Source of the DNA: an uncultured Candidatus Saccharibacteria bacterium
GTDB taxonomy: Bacteria; Patescibacteriota; Doudnabacteria; UBA920
NCBI GenBank assembly: GCA_964416765.1
Contig: CAYQEU010000001.1
Coordinates: 1,675 to 65,674 of the forward strand
DNA length: 64,000 bases
Direction: 5' to 3'
Every line of letters begins with the position of its first letter. The first letter of the stretch is position 1. The notes under the pieces are model-generated. The model was not told where the DNA came from. It was given only the letters and a program-made list of their open reading frames with translations, and searched no databases. The position numbers and the translations under genes are program-made. Below are positions 43,454 through 52,348 of this stretch, one piece after another.

Positions 43454-43897
43454 ATGAAAATAATACATGAGTTTCGCGAATTCGCGATAAAAGGGAACGT
43501 GGTGGATTTGGCCATTGGTTTGATTATTGGCGCCGCGTTCAATAAAATAGTGACATCCCTGGTCAATGACATAATCATGCCGCCCATTGGCGTATTGCTC
43601 GGCAAAGTCGACTTTTCTAATTTATTTGTCTCGGTGTCCCGCCAGCACTTCGCAACCTTGGCTGAGGCCAAAGCCGCTAATGTCGCTACCATAAACTATG
43701 GCACATTCATCAATACAATAATTGAGTTCCTGATAGTCGGTTTTACGGTGTTTATGATTATTCGTACCATGAACCGCCTGCGCCATGAACCGGAAAAGCC
43801 GCCTACACATAAAAAATGCCCGTACTGTAAGTCGGACATTGATATCGAAGCCACTAAGTGCGCGTTTTGTACCGCGGACGTACCAGCAACTGCTTAG
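43454..43897 (+). CDS. mscL: Large-conductance mechanosensitive channel with C-terminal zinc ribbon
   Basis: [28 protein letters not shown]...CAFC. Confidence 0.94.
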   Translation: MKIIHEFREFAIKGNVVDLAIGLIIGAAFNKIVTSLVNDIIMPPIGVLLGKVDFSNLFVSVSRQHFATLAEAKAANVATINYGTFINTIIEFLIVGFTVFMIIRTMNRLRHEPEKPPTHKKCPYCKSDIDIEATKCAFCTADVPATA

Positions 43898-43906
43898 GTT
43901 AATCCG

Positions 43907-44881
43907 TTAGATTAAGCCTATCTTTTCTTTTACTTCAGCCAGGGTCTGGCTCGCCACGACTTTGGCTTTTTTTGCGCCTTCAGCCAAAATTTCTTCGAGC
44001 TGTTTCGGTTTCGCCAAAATCTGCTTCTTCTTGTCGCGGAAATCTTTGAATTCTTCGTTAATGCTAGCGGCCAAAGACATTTTCAGATCGCTATAGCGAA
44101 TGGAACCATCTTTAATGGCTTTTTCAAATTGCTTCACTTCTGTTTCCGGCGCGAAGAAAGACATCATTTGCATGAGGTTATCGACGCCAGGGGAGGACTC
44201 GCCTTCGCTGGCAGTAACGGCCTTTTTTAACTTGCGTTCAATTTCACTAGGTTCATCAGAAATCAGAAGGGCTTCATCTCCCGTCTTGCTCATTTTCTTG
44301 TCAGGGTGAGTTAAGCTTTTAATGCGCAACGGTTTTCTTTCGTATGGTTTCGGTTCCGGGAAAGTCTCGCCAAACCGATTGTTGAATTTTCGGGCAATCG
44401 TCCTTGTCAGCTCGACGTGCTGGACCTGGTCTTCACCCACGGGAACGCCGGTAGGCTTGTAAAGAAGAATATCAGCGGCCATGAGGGCTGGGTAGGTAAG
44501 CAAGCCAGCGTTTACGTTTTCGCGGTGCTGTTGTGACTTGTCCTTAAACTGGGTCATTCGCTCAAGCTCGCCCAGGGGGGTTATGCAGTTAAAAATCCAT
44601 GCCAATTCAGAGTGTTCAGAGACCTGGCTTTGTAGAAACAAAGTCGATTTGTTAGGGTCAATTCCGGCCGCGATGTATTCGGCCGCAACCTCCAAAGTAT
44701 TTTTGGTCAGCTCCTTTGGATCAAATGGGGTTGTTAAGGCGTGAAGGTCAACCAGGAAGTAGAAGCAATCATACTTGCCGGTATTCTGGAGTTCAACGAA
44801 TTGTTTGAGGGCACCGAGGTAATTTCCGATATGTAGTTTACTCGTCGGTCTTATTCCTGAGGTAATTGCTTCTTTTTTCAT
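43907..44881 (-). CDS. trpS: Tryptophan--tRNA ligase
   Basis: SGIRPT..LHIGNY, YPALMAADIL, VPVGEDQ, KMSKT. Confidence 0.96.
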   Translation of the reverse strand: MKKEAITSGIRPTSKLHIGNYLGALKQFVELQNTGKYDCFYFLVDLHALTTPFDPKELTKNTLEVAAEYIAAGIDPNKSTLFLQSQVSEHSELAWIFNCITPLGELERMTQFKDKSQQHRENVNAGLLTYPALMAADILLYKPTGVPVGEDQVQHVELTRTIARKFNNRFGETFPEPKPYERKPLRIKSLTHPDKKMSKTGDEALLISDEPSEIERKLKKAVTASEGESSPGVDNLMQMMSFFAPETEVKQFEKAIKDGSIRYSDLKMSLAASINEEFKDFRDKKKQILAKPKQLEEILAEGAKKAKVVASQTLAEVKEKIGLI

Positions 44882-44900
44882 GGATTAAGTATAGCAAAAC

Positions 44901-44926
44901 AAAACCCGCCCAAAAAGGGCGGGTTT
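44901..44926 (-). terminator. Intrinsic terminator of rnj
   Basis: AAACCCGCCC/GGGCGGGTTT stem. Confidence 0.72.
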
Positions 44927-44939
44927 ATGGATAGAAAGG

Positions 44940-46871
44940 TTAAACTTCTATAACGACCGGGAGAATCATGGGGCGGCGTTCTGTCTTTTGGAACAGGTAT
45001 TCGCCGACTTCATCGCGGACTGCCTGGCGCAGGTAGGCGAAGTTCGGTTCGCCGCTGGCTTTGCCATTGGCGCCTTCCGCGAGCTTGCGCACTTCGTGCT
45101 TCACTTCTCGGATCAAGTCATCATTGTTTTTCATGAAGATAAAACCACGGGACAAAATATCGGGCTGGCCGATTAGTTTGCCGTTGTGACGGTCGAGCGT
45201 GATAATAATCACGAACATACCATCCTGGGCCATGAGCTGGCGGTCGCGAATAACGACTTCGCCAACATCGCCCACGCCGAGTCCGTCTACGAACACGTAG
45301 CCACCTGGCATTTTAGTGCCGAGCTTGGCTTCGCCGCGGTTATTGATTTCCAGCGGCTGGTTGTTTTCCATGACGAAGATATCTTCGGGCCGCATGCCAA
45401 CGCTTTGGGCCAGTTTGCTGTGGCCCACAAGCATGTGGTGCTCGCCGTGGATCGGCATTAAATACTTCGGCTTAACCATGTTAAGCAAAAGTTTCAATTC
45501 TTCCTGGCGGGCGTGACCGGAAGTGTGAATATCATAGATTTTGTCGTAGATAACGTCAGCGCCCATGCGGGTAAGGTTATCAAGCACTGCAACAATGGAG
45601 CGTTCGTTACCAGGAATCTGGGAAGCGGATACTACCACGGTGTCACCTTTTTTGATTTTGACGATCTTGTGTTCGCCTCGGCTCATGCGGGCCAAAGCGG
45701 AGAATTCTTCGCCTTGCGCGCCTGTGGTCAGAATTACAACTTGGTTGTCCGGGTATTTCTTGGCTTGCTCTGATTTTACAATTAGTTTGGGAGCAATTTT
45801 CAAGTATCCCATAGACAACGCGATTTCCACATTCTGCACCATGGAGCGGCCGGTAACAATGACTTTGCGGTTGTATTTGGCCGCGATTTCAAAGACCTGC
45901 TGCATACGGGGGATCAGGGAGGAGAAGCTGGAGAAGACAATGCGTCCGTGGGCATCCTGGAATATACGGTCAATTTGGGTTCCAATAATGCGCTCAGAAG
46001 GACAGTAGCCCGGGTGGATAGCGCTGGTGGACTCACCACAAAGCAGTAAGACACCTTCGCTAGCGTAACGGGCCAGTTTGGTGAATTCCATGGTTGGCTC
46101 GTTAACCGGGGTATGGTCAATTTTCCAGTCCCCGGTGTGGATGATCTGGCCGACAGGGGTCAGGATAGACAAACCGACGGAGTCCGGGATGTTGTGGTTA
46201 ACGCGGAAGAAGCGAACCTTGAAGTTTCCCAGAGGGATAACGTCGTCAGGCCCAACTGAATTAACCGGTACGCGGTTCTGTAAGTTGAACTCTTCCAACC
46301 GCTTCTTGATGAACCCGGCTGTCAAAGGCAGGGTGTAGAGCGGTGGGTTGCCGAGTTTGGGCATGATGTAGGGGATAGCCCCGGTATGGTCCAAGTGACC
46401 GTGGGTGATAAACACGCCGCGGATCTTGGACTTGTTTTGCTCAAGCCATTGGGTGTCCGGGATAATGTAATCCACCCCAGGAGTGGTTTCATCAGGGAAG
46501 GCAAAGCCCATGTCCACGATGATCATGTCGTTGCCGTATTCGAATACGGTCATGTTGGCACCAACTTCTTCCACGCCAGCTAGCGGGATAACCCGCAGGG
46601 TGTCGCGTGAAAGGGTATGGCTGCTTGCGAGCCCGGCAACGGTTTGTCCACCGCGGGTATCTGTGTCACCAAGCTGCGGAGCAACTTTTGCTGCTGCCCC
46701 GGTACGTCCATAAGATGGAGCACGGCGCATTCCCGATGAACGGGAGCTGCTGCTTCGTCCACCGCGGCTGCTGCCTGAACGGGAATGCCCACCTTTGGTA
46801 GGGGACGAATGCCCGGAGTTTCCAGCACTGCTGGAAACTCCGCCTTGGCGATTATTCTTTTGTTGAATCAT
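44940..46871 (-). CDS. rnj: Ribonuclease J with N-terminal G/S/R-rich extension
   Basis: THGHLDHTG, HTGDWK, HTSGHA, PIHGE, RRPMILPV. Start re-called at MIQQK after AAAGGA. Confidence 0.93.
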   Translation of the reverse strand: MIQQKNNRQGGVSSSAGNSGHSSPTKGGHSRSGSSRGGRSSSSRSSGMRRAPSYGRTGAAAKVAPQLGDTDTRGGQTVAGLASSHTLSRDTLRVIPLAGVEEVGANMTVFEYGNDMIIVDMGFAFPDETTPGVDYIIPDTQWLEQNKSKIRGVFITHGHLDHTGAIPYIMPKLGNPPLYTLPLTAGFIKKRLEEFNLQNRVPVNSVGPDDVIPLGNFKVRFFRVNHNIPDSVGLSILTPVGQIIHTGDWKIDHTPVNEPTMEFTKLARYASEGVLLLCGESTSAIHPGYCPSERIIGTQIDRIFQDAHGRIVFSSFSSLIPRMQQVFEIAAKYNRKVIVTGRSMVQNVEIALSMGYLKIAPKLIVKSEQAKKYPDNQVVILTTGAQGEEFSALARMSRGEHKIVKIKKGDTVVVSASQIPGNERSIVAVLDNLTRMGADVIYDKIYDIHTSGHARQEELKLLLNMVKPKYLMPIHGEHHMLVGHSKLAQSVGMRPEDIFVMENNQPLEINNRGEAKLGTKMPGGYVFVDGLGVGDVGEVVIRDRQLMAQDGMFVIIITLDRHNGKLIGQPDILSRGFIFMKNNDDLIREVKHEVRKLAEGANGKASGEPNFAYLRQAVRDEVGEYLFQKTERRPMILPVVIEV

Positions 46872-47113
46872 TCGATTCCTTTTCAGAGTTGCGTTCGCGT
46901 GGCGCTCAAGGGTACTTGCAGTACTTCCGGAAGATCCCATAAGGGAAGAGCCGCACACAAAAAAGCAGTCTGTATTAGTTTTATATCTAATTGTTTTGCA
47001 GGCTCAAGTGGCTTCCGGGGCCGCCTTGGCTCGTGCAATTAACAAATAAAAGGTAATTTAGCTAAACTAGTCTTTTATTCACTAACTGCCGCTTATTTAA
47101 GCTTTATACGTTA

Positions 47114-47142
47114 ATTATATCACACCGGGATGGGGTTGTCAA
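47114..47142 (-). promoter_or_regulatory. Consensus sigma70 promoter of rnj
   Basis: TTGACA-N17-TATAAT with TG. Confidence 0.8.
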
Positions 47143-47249
47143 ACACTTTTTGATTGATTTAACCTATTTTTGATCACATATTAGTCTTGTTTATGCCGAA
47201 TTTGAAGAAGGTCTGGTATAATATTTATAGACAATTAAACATAAAAAAC

Positions 47250-47540
47250 ATGGGTAATAAAAAGCTTGTCATGGGCTTGATAGCAGTTATTGTAGCCTTT
47301 GCTGCATTTGTTGCTGGCCAAGCCTACGGCATTCGCGGGGGAACTCTCCCTTTTGAGAATTCCGGATCGCAGTCCAAAGCTAGCGGTGTACCGACGATGA
47401 AAAGGACATTGACGGAATCGGAACTTTTGCAGGTTTGTGGAGTGCCGGGTAAACCACCTTGCCATGGCCAAACTCATTGTGCCTGGTTCTATAACGTTCA
47501 GTATGGCGAATGGTATCAAGTGTGTAATATTCCAGACTAA
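47250..47540 (+). CDS. Small secreted or membrane protein with a 4-Cys C-terminus
   Basis: Hydrophobic N-terminus, TGGTATAAT upstream, terminator downstream. Confidence 0.6.
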   Translation: MGNKKLVMGLIAVIVAFAAFVAGQAYGIRGGTLPFENSGSQSKASGVPTMKRTLTESELLQVCGVPGKPPCHGQTHCAWFYNVQYGEWYQVCNIPD

Positions 47541-47546
47541 TTAGTT

Positions 47547-47574
47547 AAAAAACACCCGACCTCGGGTGTTTTTT
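47547..47574. terminator. Bidirectional terminator
   Basis: AAAAAACACCCGA-cc-TCGGGTGTTTTTT. Confidence 0.78.
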
Positions 47575-47577
47575 ATT

Positions 47578-47664
47578 TGGTGGGCATGGAGGGAGTTGAA
47601 CCCTCATGAGATTGCTCTCACACGCACCTGAAGCGTGCGCGTATGCCAGTTCCGCCACATGCCC
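47578..47664 (-). tRNA. tRNA-Leu (anticodon CAG)
   Basis: Reverse complement GGGCATG...CACGC-TTCAGGT-GCGTG, long variable arm GAGA-gcaa-TCTC, GGTTCAACTCC, CATGCCC-ACCA. Confidence 0.95.
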
Positions 47665-47700
47665 ATAATCAGGTTGCTCTAGTATAGCCGAAGCACAGCT

Positions 47701-49461
47701 CTATTTCAATACTCGGCGCTCGTCCCGGTACCAGTTTTGCAGATCATAGAACCGGTAGGATGGGTCAAACAAAGTTTTTACGCTCATGCCCTTCATGGAT
47801 TTATCGACGGTATAGATATACACGCTTTGGTCCAGGAAAATAGCGGGGGACTCGGAAATAATCAAGCTCTGAAATTGCTTGTATTTGTCCGCGCGGGCAT
47901 TTTGGTCAGTAGTGGAGCGTGCGTCGTTAATGAGCTTATCCGCCGTAGCGTTGTTAAAGCCAGTTAGGTTAAGCCCAGGATTTTTGGTTTGGCTGGAATG
48001 CCAGAACACGAAAGGGTCGGGGTCGGCGCCAATATTCTGGGCGAACACCAGGGCGTCGAACTTGCGGGGCCGGATTTGGCTTTCAGTTAGGTCTTTTGTA
48101 GGTACTGTGGTTAGGTGAACGTTCACGTTCAAGGCTTCCCACTGGGTTTTTAAGACTTCAGCCGCCTTTACATTTAGTGCAAAATCATTAGTGGCTATAG
48201 TGAATTCCAGAGGGATTTTGTTTTTCGAGCGGATGCCGGTGCTTTGGTCCACTTTCCATCCTGAATCATCCAATAGCTTCTTGGCTTCATCTGGCTTATA
48301 GTAGCTGGCATTGTCCACGTCCGCGACTTGCTCAGGCAGGATTGGTCCTGCAATGGCACGTGCGTCACCGTTGTAAACCTGCTTAATCAACTCATCTTTA
48401 TTGGTTCCGTAAAGCAGGGCTACCCGCACATTTCGGTCGCTCAAAACGCGGTTACTGAGGTTAAAGAAAACGGCCTGGTATTGCGGCAAAGGCAAGTCAA
48501 CCGTGGTTAGGGCCTTGTTGTTTTTGTCGAGGTAAAAACTTTGGTCGAACGGTACATAGCCAAATCCCTGGATTTGTTTGCCGTGCAAGGCCTGGAGCAC
48601 GTCATCATAGTTGGTGTAGAACATCAGGCGCACGGTATCAACGTAAGCCTGATGGGTATAGTAATTTGAGTATGATTCCAGCTTGATGCTTTGCACCGAA
48701 CCGTCCGGCAGTTTGTTGATTTCGCGGATGGTATAAGGGCCGCTTCCTACCGCCTTGAGGTTATCAGGGCTGGTGGCAAACTGGGAGGCGCTAACGTTTT
48801 CCCAAATTGCTTTGGAAATCAGCGGCAAAGTCAGGTTATGGATAAAAGGAGCGGAAACGTCTTTGGTGGTGAAGGTGACGGTAAAATCATCCTGTTTTTG
48901 GGCTACCGTGCTTTGGAGCTGGTTCCTCAGGGGGCTATTGAAAGTGGTATCCTGGAGGGTTTTGAAAGTAAAGACTACATCGTCGGCCGTGACTGGTTTG
49001 TCATTCTGCCATTTGGCGTTTTTGCGCAGGTGGATGGTGTAGATTTTTTGGGTTTCATCTATTTCCGGCATGCTTTCTGCCAGGTCAGGAACCACCTGCC
49101 CGTTGGCGTCATATTTATAGAGTCCGGAAAACACCAAACGAACCAATGCTTTGTCGGTATCACTGGTGGCGAGGAGGGGGTTGATGTAGCGCGGCTGTCC
49201 AATAATACCTTCGCGGTATTCGCCGCCCACGGTAGGAACGGGTTTGGTCAGGTTTAAGTAAACATTGTCCCCGGACCAGACCAAGCTGGTTGCCGCAATG
49301 GCCAGAAGGCTGACGAAGGCAATTTTTTCATTTTGCCCCATTAAAGAAAAAACTTTCCGAAAAGTGGAAAGGCGAAAGGCGGGAACAGCTTTGATTCCGG
49401 CCGTCAGTTCTCGCCTAAGCGAATTTAGCGAAGCCAGAAAAGTTTTTAGATTTGCGGGCAC
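47701..49461 (-). CDS. Peptide ABC transporter substrate-binding protein (OppA/DppA family), TM-anchored
   Basis: INPLL...LVFSGL...PDLAE, W.NDKPVTADDVVFT, VGSGPY. Exact start uncertain. Confidence 0.9.
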   Translation of the reverse strand: MPANLKTFLASLNSLRRELTAGIKAVPAFRLSTFRKVFSLMGQNEKIAFVSLLAIAATSLVWSGDNVYLNLTKPVPTVGGEYREGIIGQPRYINPLLATSDTDKALVRLVFSGLYKYDANGQVVPDLAESMPEIDETQKIYTIHLRKNAKWQNDKPVTADDVVFTFKTLQDTTFNSPLRNQLQSTVAQKQDDFTVTFTTKDVSAPFIHNLTLPLISKAIWENVSASQFATSPDNLKAVGSGPYTIREINKLPDGSVQSIKLESYSNYYTHQAYVDTVRLMFYTNYDDVLQALHGKQIQGFGYVPFDQSFYLDKNNKALTTVDLPLPQYQAVFFNLSNRVLSDRNVRVALLYGTNKDELIKQVYNGDARAIAGPILPEQVADVDNASYYKPDEAKKLLDDSGWKVDQSTGIRSKNKIPLEFTIATNDFALNVKAAEVLKTQWEALNVNVHLTTVPTKDLTESQIRPRKFDALVFAQNIGADPDPFVFWHSSQTKNPGLNLTGFNNATADKLINDARSTTDQNARADKYKQFQSLIISESPAIFLDQSVYIYTVDKSMKGMSVKTLFDPSYRFYDLQNWYRDERRVLK

Positions 49462-49466
49462 AAAGG

Positions 49467-49697
49467 TTATTTACTGAGGATGAGCGAAGTTACGCTTAGG
49501 CCTACAAATAAAACGCCCAAAACGATGGTGGCGTAAAATAGCCACTTGTCGACTCCGCGGCGGGTCTGGATAACGTTACCGGCACCGCCGAAAACATTGG
49601 ATAATCCGCTGGATTTGTTCTGCATGGCAATAACGATGATCAAAACCACCATTACCACCATATTTGCTACTGTTACGATTTGGTTCCAATTTTTCAT
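49467..49697 (-). CDS. secG: Preprotein translocase subunit SecG
   Basis: Two TM helices, MQNKSSGLSNVFGG...TRRGVDK. Confidence 0.88.
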   Translation of the reverse strand: MKNWNQIVTVANMVVMVVLIIVIAMQNKSSGLSNVFGGAGNVIQTRRGVDKWLFYATIVLGVLFVGLSVTSLILSK

Positions 49698-49742
49698 ACT
49701 CGATAATTATACGGAAAGTCGGGGGTAGTGTCAATCAGGCGG

Positions 49743-51563
49743 CTAACCGGCCAGGTGCTTCACTATTAATTCGGCTTTGTGCGGTCCGGTAACGGCGGCA
49801 ATGTCTTCCACGTTTGCCCGGCGGATTTGCGCGACAGTACCGAATTTTTGCTTGAGGAGTTTTTTGGTTTTGGGGCCGATTCCCGGAATTGTATCCAGCG
49901 CGGACTTGGTAGCAGCCTTGCTCCTAAGGGACCGGTGGAAAGTTATGCCGAACCGGTGCGCTTCGTCGCGTAATCGCTGAAGGAGCTGCAGTACCGGGCT
50001 GGAATGGTCCAGAATAATTGGAGTGCTGTTGTGCGGCAGGAAAATTTCCTCAATTCGTTTGGCCAAACCAATCACCGGAATGTTTAAGCTCTTTTCCTCC
50101 AACACTTCCACGGCTACGCTCAGTTGGCCTTTGCCACCGTCTATTACCAACAGGTCGGGGAGTGGCCAGGCGTCTTTGGGGTTTTCTGGGTTCACCCGGG
50201 ACAACCGCCTGCTAAGCATTTCCCGCATCATGGTAAAGTCGTCCGGGGTTTGCTTGGAGGTAATTTTAAACTTGCGGTATTCGTTTTTGGCTGCCTGTCC
50301 GTCTTTTGCCACCACCATACTGCCAACCGGATTGGTACCTTGGATGTTGCTGATGTCGTAACCCTCAATGCGCTTCGGTAATGTGGGCAAATTTAAAATA
50401 TCCTTGAGTTGTTCCAGGGTTTCCCTAACAGCGTCCAGGTTGGTGGCCTGGGTACGTTTCCATTTTGCTAAATATTCTTCAGCGTTAACCATACCTAGGG
50501 TAATGAGCTTCAGTTTTTGCCCGCGGGTAGGCGTGCACAGTTTGATTTTCCTGCCCGAACGCTGGCGGGTAACCATGCCCACTAAGTTTCCCGTTGGCAA
50601 ATCAACCTGAGTGTAAATTTCTTTTGGCAGGGAACTGGCCGTGGAGTAGTAGTCCTCGGCGAATTGCTGGAGAATTAAACTGGCGCGTTCGTTTTCCGGT
50701 AGGTGCAAAATATTTTCATAGATAAAATTTTCCTTATCGATGAGTTTGCCCTCGCGCACCTTAAACAGGTTAACGCAGGCCGCGAGGCCGTCCACGTATA
50801 GGGAGACAAAGTCCCAGGAGACTTTTTGGGGGAACATGGTGACCTGTCGTTCATCCAGGACTTCGATGGCCTGGAGTTGGTCACGCAACCTTCCGGCCAA
50901 TTCAAATTTGCGCCCGCGGGCTGCTTGCTTCATGGAACTCTTCAGTTCTCGTTTGATGGTGGAGGTCTGGCCCGACAGGAACAAAATTATCCGTTCCAGT
51001 TGTTTCTTATATTCCTCCATGGTTATAGAGCCGATGCAAATACCAGGGCAGCGGTGCAAATAGTAGTAGAAGCATGGGCGCTTCCCGATTTCTTTGTTGG
51101 CGCAGTAGGGGAAGATGCGTCTGACAAAATCCAGGGTTTGGCGGATTTTTTTAGTCGAAGAATAAGGACCAAAATATTTTGAGGTTTTGTCGCCTTCTAT
51201 TTTACGCGCGTAACCAATGGATGGAATCTCGGTGGAGTAATCAATTTTTATGAAAGCATAGTTTTTGTCGTCCCGAAGCATGATGTTATATTCGGGCATG
51301 TACTGTTTGATGAGCGTGTTTTCCAAAAACAGCGCTTCGAGTTCGGAGCTGACCACGACAAAATCCAGATCAACCGCGTCAGCCATAAGGAAGGGGATTT
51401 GCTCCCGGTTGTCATGCCCAAAATATTGCATGACACGGTTCCGCAGATCCTTGGCTTTGCCAACGTAAATAACCTCGCCGTCTTTATTCAGGTACTTGTA
51501 GACGCCGGGTTGGTGGGGAATATCTTTGAGCTTGTTTTTCAAGGTCTTCATGAGCTCAGTCAT
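49743..51563 (-). CDS. uvrC: Excinuclease ABC subunit C
   Basis: PGVY...IYVGKAKDLRNRV, RIEGYDIS, LLVIDGGKGQL, RDEAHRF, HhH. Confidence 0.97.
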   Translation of the reverse strand: MTELMKTLKNKLKDIPHQPGVYKYLNKDGEVIYVGKAKDLRNRVMQYFGHDNREQIPFLMADAVDLDFVVVSSELEALFLENTLIKQYMPEYNIMLRDDKNYAFIKIDYSTEIPSIGYARKIEGDKTSKYFGPYSSTKKIRQTLDFVRRIFPYCANKEIGKRPCFYYYLHRCPGICIGSITMEEYKKQLERIILFLSGQTSTIKRELKSSMKQAARGRKFELAGRLRDQLQAIEVLDERQVTMFPQKVSWDFVSLYVDGLAACVNLFKVREGKLIDKENFIYENILHLPENERASLILQQFAEDYYSTASSLPKEIYTQVDLPTGNLVGMVTRQRSGRKIKLCTPTRGQKLKLITLGMVNAEEYLAKWKRTQATNLDAVRETLEQLKDILNLPTLPKRIEGYDISNIQGTNPVGSMVVAKDGQAAKNEYRKFKITSKQTPDDFTMMREMLSRRLSRVNPENPKDAWPLPDLLVIDGGKGQLSVAVEVLEEKSLNIPVIGLAKRIEEIFLPHNSTPIILDHSSPVLQLLQRLRDEAHRFGITFHRSLRSKAATKSALDTIPGIGPKTKKLLKQKFGTVAQIRRANVEDIAAVTGPHKAELIVKHLAG

Positions 51564-51655
51564 ATATCTATTATAAAGTGCGGGTAGGTTTTAGCCAATA
51601 AAAGAAATTGTTTGGATTTAACCAGTGGCTAAGGTAAAATTTTATATGTGAGGAA

Positions 51656-51898
51656 GTGATGAAAAGAACAAAAACTATAAGGCGGGTGCTTACGTCGTTT
51701 TCGTTTATTTGGCTGAGCGGGCATATTTTGTCCGCGTACGATCACCAACTGACTCAAATGGCTTTACGCATTATTGGGTGGCTTATGGGAACGCAATTGG
51801 TTCCCGTTGTTATCCTGGGGCTGGCTGTCTTCGGCTGGCCCTCTTGTTTTTTTGGTCTTAAAAATGTAACTTTATCTAGTGTTAAAAGGGGGACTTAA
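51656..51898 (+). CDS. Possible small membrane protein
   Basis: GAGGA SD and two hydrophobic segments, no family recognised. Confidence 0.35.
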   Translation: MMKRTKTIRRVLTSFSFIWLSGHILSAYDHQLTQMALRIIGWLMGTQLVPVVILGLAVFGWPSCFFGLKNVTLSSVKRGT

Positions 51899-51939
51899 AG
51901 CAGTTCCAGGTTTTATCAAATGGGAGAATAAAAGGGAGA

Positions 51940-52224
51940 ATGTACAGCGTCCACAGCTACGCCATCGAATACATAATCAAACGCCCAGGCGGTTGTTATG
52001 GAAAGCTCGACCCACTGGTCGGGAAAACCGTCCGAACCAAGGACTTAGCGCCGTTACTCGGCTTGCCCAACTACACCAGTAGCGAAGCAGTGGAGCGACG
52101 CATGATCGAGGAAGGAATCAACTTCCGAATGGTCGAGAGAACTTTTTTCGGCAAACTCAGGCACGGCGGATTTTTTTTCAATCGAAGCAAGTCCGACAAG
52201 ACCCAAGAGGAATCTGCAACTTAA
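51940..52224 (+). CDS. Small hypothetical protein
   Basis: AGGGAG SD, hairpin GCCCGGCA...TGCCGGGC directly after the stop. Confidence 0.45.
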   Translation: MYSVHSYAIEYIIKRPGGCYGKLDPLVGKTVRTKDLAPLLGLPNYTSSEAVERRMIEEGINFRMVERTFFGKLRHGGFFFNRSKSDKTQEESAT

Positions 52225-52348
52225 GCTGGGGCCCGGCAAATCTTAACAGATATGCCGGGCTCTTGATTCATCCTGAAAAATGTGATACTCTTGCACCTAG
52301 TTTGCGTCATATTTAGACACGCTATTTTCTGAAATTAAACAACAATAC

